NCBI GenBank assembly: GCA_001643675.2
Contig: LSRY02000008.1
Span: 1,550,001 to 1,614,000 of the forward strand
Direction of reading: 5' to 3'
DNA length: 64,000 bases
Source of the DNA: Monocercomonoides exilis PA203
Taxonomy: Eukaryota; Protista; Preaxostyla
Both the position numbers and the translations under genes were made by a program. The notes beneath the pieces were generated by a model. That model saw nothing but the letters and a program-made list of their open reading frames with translations, was not told the origin of the DNA and did not search any database. Each line of letters starts with the position of its first letter. The first letter of the stretch is position 1. Below, one piece after another: positions 48,137-60,980 of this stretch.

Positions 48137-49615
48137 TTGATGAGTAGTTGTTCATTTTCATCAGTTAGCGACACATATGATGGAGGAATTGTCCCTTCCC
48201 TCAATAACCCCTATGCCTCTCTGATAGCCTCAAACACCTCGTTTATTGGGTGTTGCAGGACAAGAAACGTTGAATGCACTGGAACTGCAGATAATAAATT
48301 AAAGCCAGACAGGCAGAACACAACAGCCAATGGACCGAATACATTCACGTGGTGTGAGTGGAGTGGATCGAAGACGACTGGAAACAAAGATGATTATGCT
48401 GATGATGCTTCAAATGGTGGAGCAATTCGCATGTACAATCTGGGAAATGGAGAACTTTCTGTATCTCATTGCTCGTTCAACGACTGTTATGCCTATTGTA
48501 GAGGCGGTGGGATTATGTGCCTAACAATTAAGTCTATACATATCGAAAATAATGTGTTTAATGCTTGTACTGCACAAAATCAGCATGGAGGAGGAATGTA
48601 TGCGTATGGAATTTCATCATGTGCCCGAATCAGCGAATGTAAATTCCAGGATTGCAAAGCATACAGCGCTGGAGGAGGACTTCTTCTTGAAAATTTTCAG
48701 GTTTCAGAAACAGGATGTATTGAAGCAGAAAATGGTGGAGGGGAGAGTGCGTGTGTGTTTGACTGCAGTTTCACTTCATGTTCAATCACAAACACATGGG
48801 GCGGAGGCATGTTTTGTAAAACTGTTCCTGCGACACAATTCAAAATGAGGAGCATTCAGTTTATTTCATGTTCAGCACGGCAAGAGGGAGGAGGATTGTA
48901 TTTTTATCCAAATCGAGCAACAGCACCAAATGATAAAATTTATTGCTTTTTCCTTTTCTTTCATGAATGCAGCTGCAGGGATGCAGCCAATCCACGAGGA
49001 CATGATGTGATGTATTATGATTATTACAATGCCATTTCGACTTCAGACAATCCATTTCATGAATGTTACACCACCAACACAGATGACAAGAGAGTGTGCT
49101 ACGGATATAATTATGCAAATGCAAGTGCCTGGACATATGATCAAACATCAAAAAAAAATTGGTTGAAGGACAAGACGATTTATGTTTCGGTGAATGGAAA
49201 TGATACATCTCCATTTTGCGGGGCAAATGAATCAAATCCGTGTCTGACAGTGAAGAAAGCGTTTGAGATGTGTGAAATACAGATAAGCTTAACAATCACG
49301 CTGATGAACGGGAATCATGTAAGTGAGGCAACAACGATTGATATTGGAGAAAAGAAGATTTCGGTCATTGGGAAGGGAAGGGAAGCATGTTCGATTGGAA
49401 CAGGAACACTTTCATGGACAGGAGCGCTGTTCAGTGTGACGACAGGTCACCTTGGTTTATTGCACATGAAGATTTATTGCAACTCAACAGCAGATTTTTC
49501 TTCACCAAGCGTGGTTGTGGCATCTGATGGAGCAGGCAGAGCACTTTCCCTGAAAGAATGTTTCAGGAAGAGAGTTATTTGTATGCAGAACGCGATAGCC
49601 GAAGGATGCAAATAG
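48137..49615 (+). CDS. beta-helix protein paralog F (inner left arm of P4)
   Basis: 492-aa ORF. Differs from its mirror only by a T-run length near 48063-48072 that shifts the 5' frame. Confidence 0.75.
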   Translation: MMSSCSFSSVSDTYDGGIVPSLNNPYASLIASNTSFIGCCRTRNVECTGTADNKLKPDRQNTTANGPNTFTWCEWSGSKTTGNKDDYADDASNGGAIRMYNLGNGELSVSHCSFNDCYAYCRGGGIMCLTIKSIHIENNVFNACTAQNQHGGGMYAYGISSCARISECKFQDCKAYSAGGGLLLENFQVSETGCIEAENGGGESACVFDCSFTSCSITNTWGGGMFCKTVPATQFKMRSIQFISCSARQEGGGLYFYPNRATAPNDKIYCFFLFFHECSCRDAANPRGHDVMYYDYYNAISTSDNPFHECYTTNTDDKRVCYGYNYANASAWTYDQTSKKNWLKDKTIYVSVNGNDTSPFCGANESNPCLTVKKAFEMCEIQISLTITLMNGNHVSEATTIDIGEKKISVIGKGREACSIGTGTLSWTGALFSVTTGHLGLLHMKIYCNSTADFSSPSVVVASDGAGRALSLKECFRKRVICMQNAIAEGCK

Positions 49616-52162
49616 ACATGGCTTGCCATGGCAGTGATATTTTCATCGTGCCCTGAATCAGTTCTTATGTGTGCATTTTTTCTTTCAAAAATTGTTTGTA
49701 AATGAAATGCATCAGTTGATATGTGTTTCTTCTTCTTTTTTTTTTCTTTTGGAGGGAGGGGAATAAAAAAATATTAAAAAAAAAAAAAAAAAAAAAAAAT
49801 CTTAGCTTATGGATGAATTATTTATTTTTAAAGAGGAACTGAAAAAGAAAAAAATAAAAACAGTTGTTGTTTGATCTTTCTCTGAACCATTTAACTCATC
49901 AATCCCTTTTTGTCAATGATAATATTTTTATTTTTTGATTTTTGAAGAGGCTTGGAGATGTTCAAGGAGATTCAAATAAATATTATTATTATTATTTTCT
50001 GAATATTGTGTTTGTTTTGTGAAGCATTTTATGAGCATTATGTTTTGGAAGTTTGTTTTTGTTTACAGATGTGTGATTACTGGCTGAGAGTTTTTTCAGA
50101 GAAAGTTATTTCTGATTTTAAAAATACTTTTGAGGTTGATCCGTCACGGGCATTTGCTTGTTTTCTATAACACGCACACAACACATTCAAACAAATAGAA
50201 ATCAAAAAATACAGACATTTTATAAAATGCTCATGTTTTGTGTTTTTTCTTTCCATGTTTTTTTTTCTGCAAAAATCTTTCATTCTTCAATAAATAGTGT
50301 TTTTTTCTGTGTGACTTTGTTTTATAGAAGAATTAAAAAGTTTTGGAGGAAAACAAGGAATTGCAATTATTTTTCGTTTTTCAGATGAAAGAGAAGAGAA
50401 GAGAAGATGAAATTGGTTTGTTTCTTTTTTTTTCCCCAACAATGAAATGTTTGTTCGAGAGATATGTGAAAATAAGAAAAAAAAACATGATCAATGACAT
50501 TGATCCGATTGAATTCATGAGTTTATTCAATGGAGAATGAACCACTCAGATTTATTATTTTCTGTTGAATCCCTATGATATGATTAAACAATGAAAATAC
50601 TGATTTCAAAAAGAATCACCCATCCATTTCCTTGAGATAACAAGGATCAGATATTGATATGGAACTCTTCCTTTGATTAGTTGTGATTCACCAAAATTAT
50701 TCTTGAACAATCTTTTTGAAATAGATTGAATGAGAATATGATTTCAAAAAAAACAGCCCTTTGTTCCATTTTGTTTCCAAAAAGTCAATAATTCATTTTT
50801 TAATTTCCAAAGAAATATCACAATTATTAATTTCAACAAATCCAGTAAAATTCAAATAAATAATCACGAATGTTTTTGCAAATAATATCACTTATCAAAA
50901 AAGAAAGATTGGTATTTTTTCTCACAAAAAATTGGAAATGTTCCTAAATCACTTTGGAAAATGAAAACAGAATTATTGACTTTTTGGAAACAAAATGGAA
51001 CAAAGGGCTGTTTTTTTTGAAATCATATTCTCATTCAATCTATTTCAAAAAGATTGTTCAAGAATAATTTTGGTGAATCACAACTAATCAAAGGAAGAGT
51101 TCCATATCAATATCTGATCCTTGTTATCTCAAGGAAATGGATGGGTGATTCTTTTTGAAATCAGTATTTTCATTGTTTAATCATATCATAGGGATTCAAC
51201 AGAAAATAATAAATCTGAGTGGTTCATTCTCCATTGAATAAACTCATGAATTCAATCGGATCAATGTCATTGATCATGTTTTTTTTCTTATTTTCACATA
51301 TCTCTCGAACAAACATTTCATTGTTGGGGAAAAAAAAAGAAACAAACCAATTTCATCTTCTCTTCTCTTCTCTTTCATCTGAAAAACGAAAAATAATTGC
51401 AATTCCTTGTTTTCCTCCAAAACTTTTTAATTCTTCTATAAAACAAAGTCACACAGAAAAAAACACTATTTATTGAAGAATGAAAGATTTTTGCAGAAAA
51501 AAAAACATGGAAAGAAAAAACACAAAACATGAGCATTTTATAAAATGTCTGTATTTTTTGATTTCTATTTGTTTGAATGTGTTGTGTGCGTGTTATAGAA
51601 AACAAGCAAATGCCCGTGACGGATCAACCTCAAAAGTATTTTTAAAATCAGAAATAACTTTCTCTGAAAAAACTCTCAGCCAGTAATCACACATCTGTAA
51701 ACAAAAACAAACTTCCAAAACATAATGCTCATAAAATGCTTCACAAAACAAACACAATATTCAGAAAATAATAATAATAATATTTATTTGAATCTCCTTG
51801 AACATCTCCAAGCCTCTTCAAAAATCAAAAAATAAAAATCAAAAAATAAAATAAAAATATTATCATTGACAAAAAGGGTTTGATGAGTTAAATGGTTCAG
51901 AGAAAGATCAAACAACAACTGTTTTTATTTTTTTCTTTTTCAGTTCCTCTTTAAAAATAAATAAATCATCAATAAGCTTAGATTTTTTTGTTTTTAATAT
52001 TTTATTTTATTTTTATTCCCCTCCCTCCAAAAGAAAAGAAAAAAAGAAGAAACACATATCAACTGATGCATCATATCTTCGAACAATTTTTGAAAGAAAA
52101 ATTGCATACACAAGAACTGATTCAGGGCACGATGAAAATATCACTGCCATGGCAAGCCATGT

Positions 52163-53797
52163 CTATTTGCATCCTTCGGCTATCGCGTTCTGCATACAAA
52201 TAACTCTCTTCCTGAAACATTCTTTCAGGGAAAGTGCTCTGCCTGCTCCATCAGATGCCACAACCACGCTTGGTGAAGAAAAATCTGCTGTTGAGTTGCA
52301 ATAAATCTTCATGTGCAATAAACCAAGGTGACCTGTCGTCACACTGAACAGCGCTCCTGTCCATGAAAGTGTTCCTGTTCCAATCGAACATGCTTCCCTT
52401 CCCTTCCCAATGACCGAAATCTTCTTTTCTCCAATATCAATCGTTGTTGCCTCACTTACATGATTCCCGTTCATCAGCGTGATTGTTAAGCTTATCTGTA
52501 TTTCACACATCTCAAACGCTTTCTTCACTGTCAGACACGGATTTGATTCATTTGCCCCGCAAAATGGAGATGTATCATTTCCATTCACCGAAACATAAAT
52601 CGTCTTGTCCTTCAACCAATTTTTTTTTGATGTTTGATCATATGTCCAGGCACTTGCATTTGCATAATTATATCCGTAGCACACTCTCTTGTCATCTGTG
52701 TTGGTGGTGTAACATTCATGAAATGGATTGTCTGAAGTCGAAATGGCATTGTAATAATCATAATACATCACATCATGTCCTCGTGGATTGGCTGCATCCC
52801 TGCAGCTGCATTCATGAAAGAAAAGGAAAAAGCAATAAATTTTATCATTTGGTGCTGTTGCTCGATTTGGATAAAAATACAATCCTCCTCCCTCTTGCCG
52901 TGCTGAACATGAAATAAACTGAATGCTCCTCATTTTGAATTGTGTCGCAGGAACAGTTTTACAAAACATGCCTCCGCCCCATGTGTTTGTGATTGAACAT
53001 GAAGTGAAACTGCAGTCAAACACACACGCACTCTCCCCTCCACCATTTTCTGCTTCAATACATCCTGTTTCTGAAACCTGAAAATTTTCAAGAAGAAGTC
53101 CTCCTCCAGCGCTGTATGCTTTGCAATCCTGGAATTTACATTCGCTGATTCGGGCACATGATGAAATTCCATACGCATACATTCCTCCTCCATGCTGATT
53201 TTGTGCAGTACAAGCATTAAACACATTATTTTCGATATGTATAGACTTAATTGTTAGGCACATAATCCCACCGCCTCTACAATAGGCATAACAGTCGTTG
53301 AACGAGCAATGAGATACAGAAAGTTCTCCATTTCCCAGATTGTACATGCGAATTGCTCCACCATTTGAAGCATCATCAGCATAATCATCTTTGTTTCCAG
53401 TCGTCTTCGATCCACTCCACTCACACCACGTGAATGTATTCGGTCCATTGGCTGTTGTGTTCTGCCTGTCTGGCTTTAATTTATTATCTGCAGTTCCAGT
53501 GCATTCAACGTTTCTTGTCCTGCAACACCCAATAAACGAGGTGTTTGAGGCTATCAGAGAGGCATAGGGGTTATTGAGGGAAGGGACAATTCCTCCATCA
53601 TATGTGTCGCTAACTGATGAAAATGAACAACTACTCATCAAACACGAGGTTTGGGATGAAGTAGTCGTTGAAGGCGAGCATACATCATTTGCTGTTGAAA
53701 TATTGAAAAAAATATGTTGGAAGAGAAAAATACAGAAAAAAGAGAAATGCAGTTCGCTCACTGAAGCACTTCTTTCTTTTCCTCCTTCTCTTCTCAA
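52163..53797 (-). CDS. beta-helix protein paralog F, mirror copy
   Basis: 544-aa ORF; identical to 48137..49615 over the shared length. Confidence 0.75.
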   Translation of the reverse strand: MRREGGKERSASVSELHFSFFCIFLFQHIFFNISTANDVCSPSTTTSSQTSCLMSSCSFSSVSDTYDGGIVPSLNNPYASLIASNTSFIGCCRTRNVECTGTADNKLKPDRQNTTANGPNTFTWCEWSGSKTTGNKDDYADDASNGGAIRMYNLGNGELSVSHCSFNDCYAYCRGGGIMCLTIKSIHIENNVFNACTAQNQHGGGMYAYGISSCARISECKFQDCKAYSAGGGLLLENFQVSETGCIEAENGGGESACVFDCSFTSCSITNTWGGGMFCKTVPATQFKMRSIQFISCSARQEGGGLYFYPNRATAPNDKIYCFFLFFHECSCRDAANPRGHDVMYYDYYNAISTSDNPFHECYTTNTDDKRVCYGYNYANASAWTYDQTSKKNWLKDKTIYVSVNGNDTSPFCGANESNPCLTVKKAFEMCEIQISLTITLMNGNHVSEATTIDIGEKKISVIGKGREACSIGTGTLSWTGALFSVTTGHLGLLHMKIYCNSTADFSSPSVVVASDGAGRALSLKECFRKRVICMQNAIAEGCK

Positions 53798-56700
53798 TGA
53801 TTCATGGCAAAGCGTTGCAAAATATCCTAATGTGGCCGTATCCCTTTTCCTATCTCTTCTGCCCCTTCTTCATCGTCTGCTTTCCCGGTATTCCTTTTCC
53901 TTTTGTTTCCGTCTTTTTCCTTCTTTCCATATTCCATTCGCATCCATTCATTTTGAATATTCACGCAAAAGCCCCTGCTATCATTTAAAAAATATATTTA
54001 ATAAAACAAAAATTTAAAAATATACAAAAATATAAAATTGTTAAAAAAAATTCCAATAATAGATATGAAAAGCCCCGTACCATTTTCTTTTCACCATCTT
54101 CCGCTTCTTCTTCTCAAATTTTCTCAAATTTCTTCTTCTGTCATATCATCAATTCCTTGATCCCATTTTTCGCCTTCATTAAGATTCATCGTAAATGCCA
54201 TCCAAAACCTTCAAATAAAAATATCTTCTTCTCGTTTCCTTTCATTTATATTTTGCGCCCGCTCATCCCTCCATGCTTCCCTCCAATTATTATATCCAGA
54301 TTTCTTTATATGCATCCAATAACCCCTCAAACCACATCCCATGTTCATTCATTGTCGTTGAACATTCTTGCAAAAATCCTAATTTCATCAAAAAAAAAAA
54401 ATAATATATAAAAAATTAAAATTAAAAAAATATAAATACACACCCTTATAATGATCATTCTTCTCAAACTTTCTTCTCCTCCTCCAAATATCGTTCCTTT
54501 CTGCAACAAAACCCATCTGTCCCTTCTTCGCTTCCCTTCTGCTTCCACACAAAAAAGTTAATCAAAGTCCAACTTCTTGTTCTGCTTCTCTCAAATAACC
54601 TCCACAAACTCCGTTCTATTAAAAAAAACTGGTAAAGAAGAAGATTCCATCTGAAGAATCCCTTCCCATCCCTTATCGCTGTATTGCCCTCTTCCTCTCT
54701 CCATTTCCTCTAAAATATCAACGCCCCTCCACCAAATGTCTCAACCCCTTCGCCCAAATCCCTTCTCCTTCACTCCCTGTTACTTCTTCTCCCGTCATCC
54801 TTCTCCTAATCAAAAATAAATACTTCATTTCTTTGTATGTCTCTGGCGCAAGACACCCTCTCATAGCCAGCACCTCATCTCGATCCATCCCTGTCGCGAA
54901 TCCGTCCCCACACCTCCAATGCAAAGTGTTGAGCCTGATGTTCCTTCTTCCCGTCTTCCTCCGCCTCCGCCTCCATCCCTTGCCCTGCAAATGAGAGGCG
55001 CGACCAAACGGTTCGCAAAATAAATTATATAAAAATATGAAGAAAATTTTTCTTCACTTTTTTTTCTTCAACCCCACTTCTCTTTCTTATCAAACATCAG
55101 TTCGCAAATACTCTCCCTCTTGCCCTGCCCCATATGAACCCCCTCTCTCTCTGCATTTGAAAAAAAAAAACACCTCCTCCACATATCTCTCCATTTCCTT
55201 TCCATCTCTAATCCTCTCCTCCAATAAATATATTCCATTAGCCCCACTCATCTTCTTCCCCTCTGTTCCCTCTTATCCCACCTCCTCAACAGCAAATTCC
55301 TTTTCTCAAATAATAAACGCAACTTCCACACCTTCCAACTCACAAAAATCGAAAAAACTACCCCACAAAAGTCTATCCCTATCCATCTCCTACACATCCA
55401 TTTTGCCTCTGAAATATCACAAAAATACCTCTTTTCCACAAAAAATATCCTTTAATCGTTCCATTCCCTCTCTAAACCCTGCCTCCTCCAAGAACTCAAC
55501 TCCTTCACCCCACACCATAAATCCATCCTATTGTTATCGCATTGTCTTCATATGCCCATTCAGCCACGGCACATCGAGTAGGACTTTCTTTTCTTTTGTG
55601 GCTCTTATTCGTTATGGAACATGATCAAGCAATGTCAAATGCTCAGAAACTGTCAACGGGGTCAGATTCCGAGGTTTAAACAAATACAGGTTGACCAAGT
55701 GAAATATTTCCAGTGAAAATGTGGGGTATTACAAAAGAATGTTTGCTTGATGAAAGATGAAATTGTTCATATTGATTGATGAATGGCTGTGGAGCAACAA
55801 TATTTTCGATGGAAATGATGAATTTTCAATGTATGTAATTTTTATTGTTCTGTTGATTGTGAAGATGTTATCATCCGTAACCTCTCCAAAGTCGTGATTC
55901 AGACAACTTATTTAAAATGAACAATTTATTCCATGCAGAGCAGAACAGCGAGGAAGCGAGACAAATGTTATGTTACAAATATATTAGAGCCAGAATGTAT
56001 TTTATCATAAATGTTTATGTGACTTGTTATTAACTCAACATGCACAATCGATAGAAATGTGATGAAAAATGAAATTTAATGGAGCAGAAATCAACGGGGT
56101 TGGAAGATATCCAAGGCAAAAAGGAAGAATAACCAAATTCAATGAAAAGGGAGCGTTTTTTAAAAAGAGGAAGAAGACATTTTCATTTTTAAGTTTGTTG
56201 GAAAGATTGGGGCAAATAACTGAAACAGGAGATTGAAATCAGTTTGGACAGAACAATGCGCCTTTCTTTGGAGAAGAAGGACAAGACATTGATTTTACGG
56301 ACTGAGGAGAGGGATGGAACTGCTTTTCATTGCTTGGCTTGAGAGGCGAAAAAACGAGAAAAACGGACAGTTTTGCGTAATACGGCAGCTGGAGGCAAAT
56401 TACAGGCAAAATGGACTTTTATCGTTTGACCTTTGTCTTCAGCCTTCTATCATTGAAACGTTATTCACAAGAGCAGAGAACGAGGCAGTGATGCTGAGAA
56501 TATCTTCTGACAGAAGATGTATAGTATTCAAACTTGAAAATAACATCGCATTCACCACCTTTATCATCTTCATCTCTGTCATTGCCATCATCGCTGTCAT
56601 CATCATCCTCATCTTCATTAAAATTATATTGAAGCATTTTTATTATTTGTGTATTATTCGAGTGGAATCAGTGCCAAGAATTGGAAATAAAGCAAGTTTT

Positions 56701-57510
56701 TGGAAGCAGAACAGAATTGATTTCATTGATGTTGAGATAGGCAGCAGAAGCAAAAAAGGCGAGTTTTGTTGGCAGAAAAGAACAATATTTTGAGAGGCAC
56801 TCGAAGAAGAAGAAGAAAGTGTGTGAAGATTGGCAATAAACATATTTTTAGAGTTTGTTTTGTATTAATTTTTTTTCTCCAATTTTTCACATATTTATTT
56901 TTATTTATTTTGAGAGATTAAGATTTATGGAAGGACATTTTCAGGCAATGAATGAACATGGGGAAAAGAGCACATTTGATGCTTTTCAGAAATCAGACAA
57001 TGACAAAAAATTTGAGAATATAGATGAATAAGCCAGAGGCATTAAATGAAATGAATGTGAGAGGAGGGATTTGAAGATTTATGTTGAATTTTGAAAAAGA
57101 AGAAGGCGAAGCGACGGAAAAGAATAATCGGAAAATTGAGGAAATGGCTGAAGAAGAAATGTGACAGGAAGTCAAGAAGGATATGAAGATGAAGAAAAGG
57201 AAGCAGATTGCGAAAGGAAAATGGTACTGGTTTGTGATATTTTGTATTACATTTAAAATATTTTTTTTCTTTTTTTTTTTTATGATGACAGGGAGTTTTG
57301 CATGAATATCCAAAAGGGATGAATGCGAATGGAATATGGAAAGAAGGAAGAAAACGGAAACAGAAGGAAAAAAAAAAGATTTAGGCGATAACATTCCTAT
57401 CAGAAGAGGCGAGCGAAGACAAAAAAAGATACTGAAACTTATTGGGATATTTTGCAAAATTTTTCTGAATGAAGGGGAAGAGAAGGAAACGTTGAAGGAA
57501 AGAAATTTCT

Positions 57511-59074
57511 GTGAGAGAATCTCTTATCCAATCTTCAACCCCATTCCTCTCATCAATCTTCATTACCCTTATATCCCTATCTCACCTGACATTTTTCAAT
57601 ATATCAACAGCAAATGAGGCATGTTCACCTTCAACCACAATGTCAACCCAAGCTACATGTCTGATGAGCAGCTGCACATTTTCATCAGTTTGCAATGGGT
57701 ATGATGGAGGGATTGTTCATTCCCTCAACAATCCTTTAGCTTCATTGTCTGCGTCAAACACCTCATTCGTTGGGTGTTGTCGGGCAAGAAATGTTGTATG
57801 TGAAGGAACTGCAGACAACAAGCTGACTCCAGGGAGACAGAATGAAACAGAAAATGGAGAAAATTCATTTATTTGGTGCGAGTGGAATGGATCAAATACG
57901 ACTGGAACAAATAATACTCACACCGATGGGGTCTCAAATGGAGGGGCAATTTGTATGTACAATCAGTCATCTGCCACTGCATCAGTTTCACATTGTTCAT
58001 TCAACAACTGTTTTGCTTATTGGGATGGAGGTGGAATATTGTGTGCAAATATTAAATCTGTTGAGATTGAAAACAATTCGTTCAACTCATGCACAGCTCA
58101 AAGAAATGCTGGAGGAGGGATGTGCGTTGTGGCAATTACAACATGTGTTCGTATCAGCGGATGTGAATTCCAGGATTGTAAAGCAAATGGCTATGGAGGA
58201 GGACTTTATCTTAATGATTTTCAGGTTTCAGTACAAGGATGCATTGGAACAGAAAGTGGAGGAGGAGAGAGCGCGTGTGTGTTTGACTGCAGTTTCACTT
58301 CATGTTCAATTACAAGCACATGGGGTGGAGGCATGTATTGCAGAAATGTTCCCAATCAATTCAAGATTAGAAGCGTCAGGTTTATTTCGTGTAATGCATC
58401 GACCAGGGGGAGGTGGATTTCATTTGGAGCCAGAAAAAAAAACTGTGCCAGCTAATGGGCTTTATTGCTATTTCCTCTTCTTCCATGAATGCAAATGCTT
58501 GGGTGATCCTCCACATGGTCACGATATGATATACTTAGATAATTACAATTTATATTTGGATTCTGGGAATCCGTTCCATGAATGTTACACAACAAACACA
58601 GATGATCAGAGAGTGTGCTATGGATATATTGCATCGAGTTCAACAAGTTGGACATTTCAGCACACAGAAAAGTGGGATTGGCTGAAGAGAGGGATTCTCA
58701 ATCGGTTTGTGGCGGTGAGTGGTGGTGGTGAAGAAGAGTTGTGTGGATTGGATGAGTCAAGTGCATGCAGAACCATTGGTGTTGCAGTCATTCGGAGCGT
58801 GATTCAAGTGAGCCTGTCTGTTACGCTGATGGAAGGGAATCACACAAGCGAGACAGAAACAATTGAGATTGGAGAAAAGAAGATTTCAGTCATTGGGAAA
58901 AGAAGAGAAACATGTTCGATTGGAACAGAAACAAATTTTTGTATTTCATCATTCTCTTCTTTATCTTTTCATCACTGTTATTGCCTGTTTTTAAGATTTT
59001 TGTCTGTTGGAGTTATTCCGCTGGAAGCAGAAATGAATCAATTCATTCTGCAATCAGATGAGCAGCGTAGATGA
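57511..59074 (+). pseudogene. beta-helix paralog E, mirror copy, split by a +1 frameshift in a G run
   Basis: ORFs 57511..58455 and 57842..59074 together reconstruct E. The sequence is gaccaGGGGGaggtgg at ~58401-58416, versus 4 G in the 42708 copy. Could be a sequencing error. Confidence 0.65.
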
Positions 59075-59498
59075 GGCAGATGGATGAGTTGATTGAAAGG
59101 GAAAATATGTGAAGAATAAAGAAAGAAAGAAGCCATGAAAATTGATTGTTATAAAAGGCATGAATTTATTTTTAATAAATAATAAATATTATTTTATTAT
59201 TTTATTCTGAAATTAGGACATTTAAGCGAGAAGATTTACAGCCGATGAAAACATATGGAATGAGAGATGCTGGAAAGAAGGCAAAAGATGACAACAGCCA
59301 AAAAAGCGATTTTGTGGAAAGACAGATGAGGAAGAATGTTGGAATGCATTTCCATTTTGAGGCGCTGAAGGGAAAGATGCATTTCTATTATTTTACAAAA
59401 AACTTTTCAGAAGGTGCAAAAGAGGCAGGAAAATGGAATTTGAACTTTTCCGAGTTTATTACAAAATTGCGGATAGATACAAGAGAAGCACATAGTAA

Positions 59499-60980
59499 AT
59501 GGGTGAAGAGAAAGGAAGAATTATTGTGAATGAATCACACCTCTATTCTTTTTGTCCATTCCTCTCAACTCCCTCGATGCCCTTTGCTTCTCTCTCCAAA
59601 CTCATTTTTTTTAACATTTTAACAGCATCTTCAGATTGTCCGTCCCCAGCAACTACATCAACCCAAACCTCATATATGATGTGCAGCTGCTCATTTTCGT
59701 CTGTTTGTGATGCATATGATGGCTGGATTGTTCATTCCTTCAACAATCCTTTAGCTTCATTGTCTGCCTCAAACACATCATTCATCGGATGCTGCAGGAC
59801 AAGAAATGTTGAATGCGCTGGAACTGAAGACAATAAGAAACAGCCAGGGAGACAAAACGAAACAGAAAATGGAGCAAATTCATTCACTTGGTGCGAGTGG
59901 GATGGATCGAGGACAACAGGAGAAAGCGACTCGTATGCTGATGGAATATCAAGCGGAGGGGCAATCTGCATGTACAGCCAGTCGTCGGCATCGGTGTCTG
60001 TTTCGCATTGCGTGTTCAATGGATGCATTGCATACAGCCGGGGAGGGGGAATAATGTGCTATAATATAAAATCCGTTGAGGTTATGAACAATTCTTTCAA
60101 TTCATGCACCGCGCAAAATCAATTGGGGGGAGGAATGTATGCTTTTACGATTTCAACGTGTGTTCGGATCAGTGGATGTGAATTCCAGAATTGTAAAGCA
60201 AACAGTCAAGGAGGAGGGCTTTTGCTTCATACTTTTGATGTTTCAGGAACAGGGTGCATTGGAACAGAAAGTGGAGAAGGGGAAAGTGCGTGTGTGTTTG
60301 ACTGCTGTTTCACTTCATGCTCAGTTTCAACTTATCATGGAGGAGGCATTTACTGCTACGGCGTTCCTTTTCAATTCAAAATGAGGAATATTCAGTTCAT
60401 TTCGTGCTCGGCAATGGGGTATGGAGGAGGAATGAGATTGGAACCGAAATTGTCAACGGCACCAGATGATGGCTTCTATTGTTATTTTCTTTTTTTCCAT
60501 AAATGTGAATGCAAATGTTCGGCCAATCCTCCTTATGGTCACGATATGGTATATGGAGATCATTTTAATCTCTATTTGAATTCAGGAAATCCATTCTATG
60601 AATGTTACACCACAAACACAGATGACAAGAGAGTGTGCTACGCATACAATGCATCGAATTCGGGGAGTTGGGCATATGACGAAACATCAAAAAATGATTG
60701 GCTGAAGAGAGGGATTCTCAACCGATTTGTGGCAGTGAGTGGTGGTGGTGAAGAAGAGTTGTGTGGATTGGATGAGCCAAGTGCATGCAGAACCATTGGT
60801 GTTGCAGTTGATAAGAGCAAGATCCAGGTGAGCCTGTCTGTTACGCTGATGGAAGGGGAACACATAAGTGAGGCAGCAATAATTGTGATTGGATCAAAGA
60901 AGATTTCGGTCATTGGAACAGGAAAGATTTCTTCTTTTTCTTCTTCTTTTTCTTCTTCTTTTTCTTTTCTTCTTCTTTAG
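59499..60980 (+). CDS. beta-helix protein paralog G (mosaic of D-, B- and E-like segments)
   Basis: 493-aa ORF. 5' half equals D. YNASNSGSWAYDETSK block equals B. RGILNRFVAVSGGGEEELCGLDE block equals E. Confidence 0.8.
   Translation: MGEEKGRIIVNESHLYSFCPFLSTPSMPFASLSKLIFFNILTASSDCPSPATTSTQTSYMMCSCSFSSVCDAYDGWIVHSFNNPLASLSASNTSFIGCCRTRNVECAGTEDNKKQPGRQNETENGANSFTWCEWDGSRTTGESDSYADGISSGGAICMYSQSSASVSVSHCVFNGCIAYSRGGGIMCYNIKSVEVMNNSFNSCTAQNQLGGGMYAFTISTCVRISGCEFQNCKANSQGGGLLLHTFDVSGTGCIGTESGEGESACVFDCCFTSCSVSTYHGGGIYCYGVPFQFKMRNIQFISCSAMGYGGGMRLEPKLSTAPDDGFYCYFLFFHKCECKCSANPPYGHDMVYGDHFNLYLNSGNPFYECYTTNTDDKRVCYAYNASNSGSWAYDETSKNDWLKRGILNRFVAVSGGGEEELCGLDEPSACRTIGVAVDKSKIQVSLSVTLMEGEHISEAAIIVIGSKKISVIGTGKISSFSSSFSSSFSFLLL

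Larger units (their letters stand above)
41441..60328. repeat. giant palindrome P4 (~9.3-kb arms, ~175-bp imperfect spacer 50795-50969)
   Basis: Mirror ORFs with sums 101763-101778. Outer edge lies within the GESACVFDCxFTSCSVS block of paralogs D/G. Confidence 0.95.

Noticed and set aside
58401-58416. Phase variation by homopolymer slippage (G4/G5 in E, T run near 48065 in F, A5/A6 near 24055)
   Set aside because: Single-base homopolymer differences are typical long-read or 454 errors and cannot be distinguished from real slippage without reads.
954-60980. Diversity-generating retroelement as the source of variation
   Set aside because: No reverse transcriptase ORF and no TR/VR pair. Differences between paralogs are not adenine-specific.
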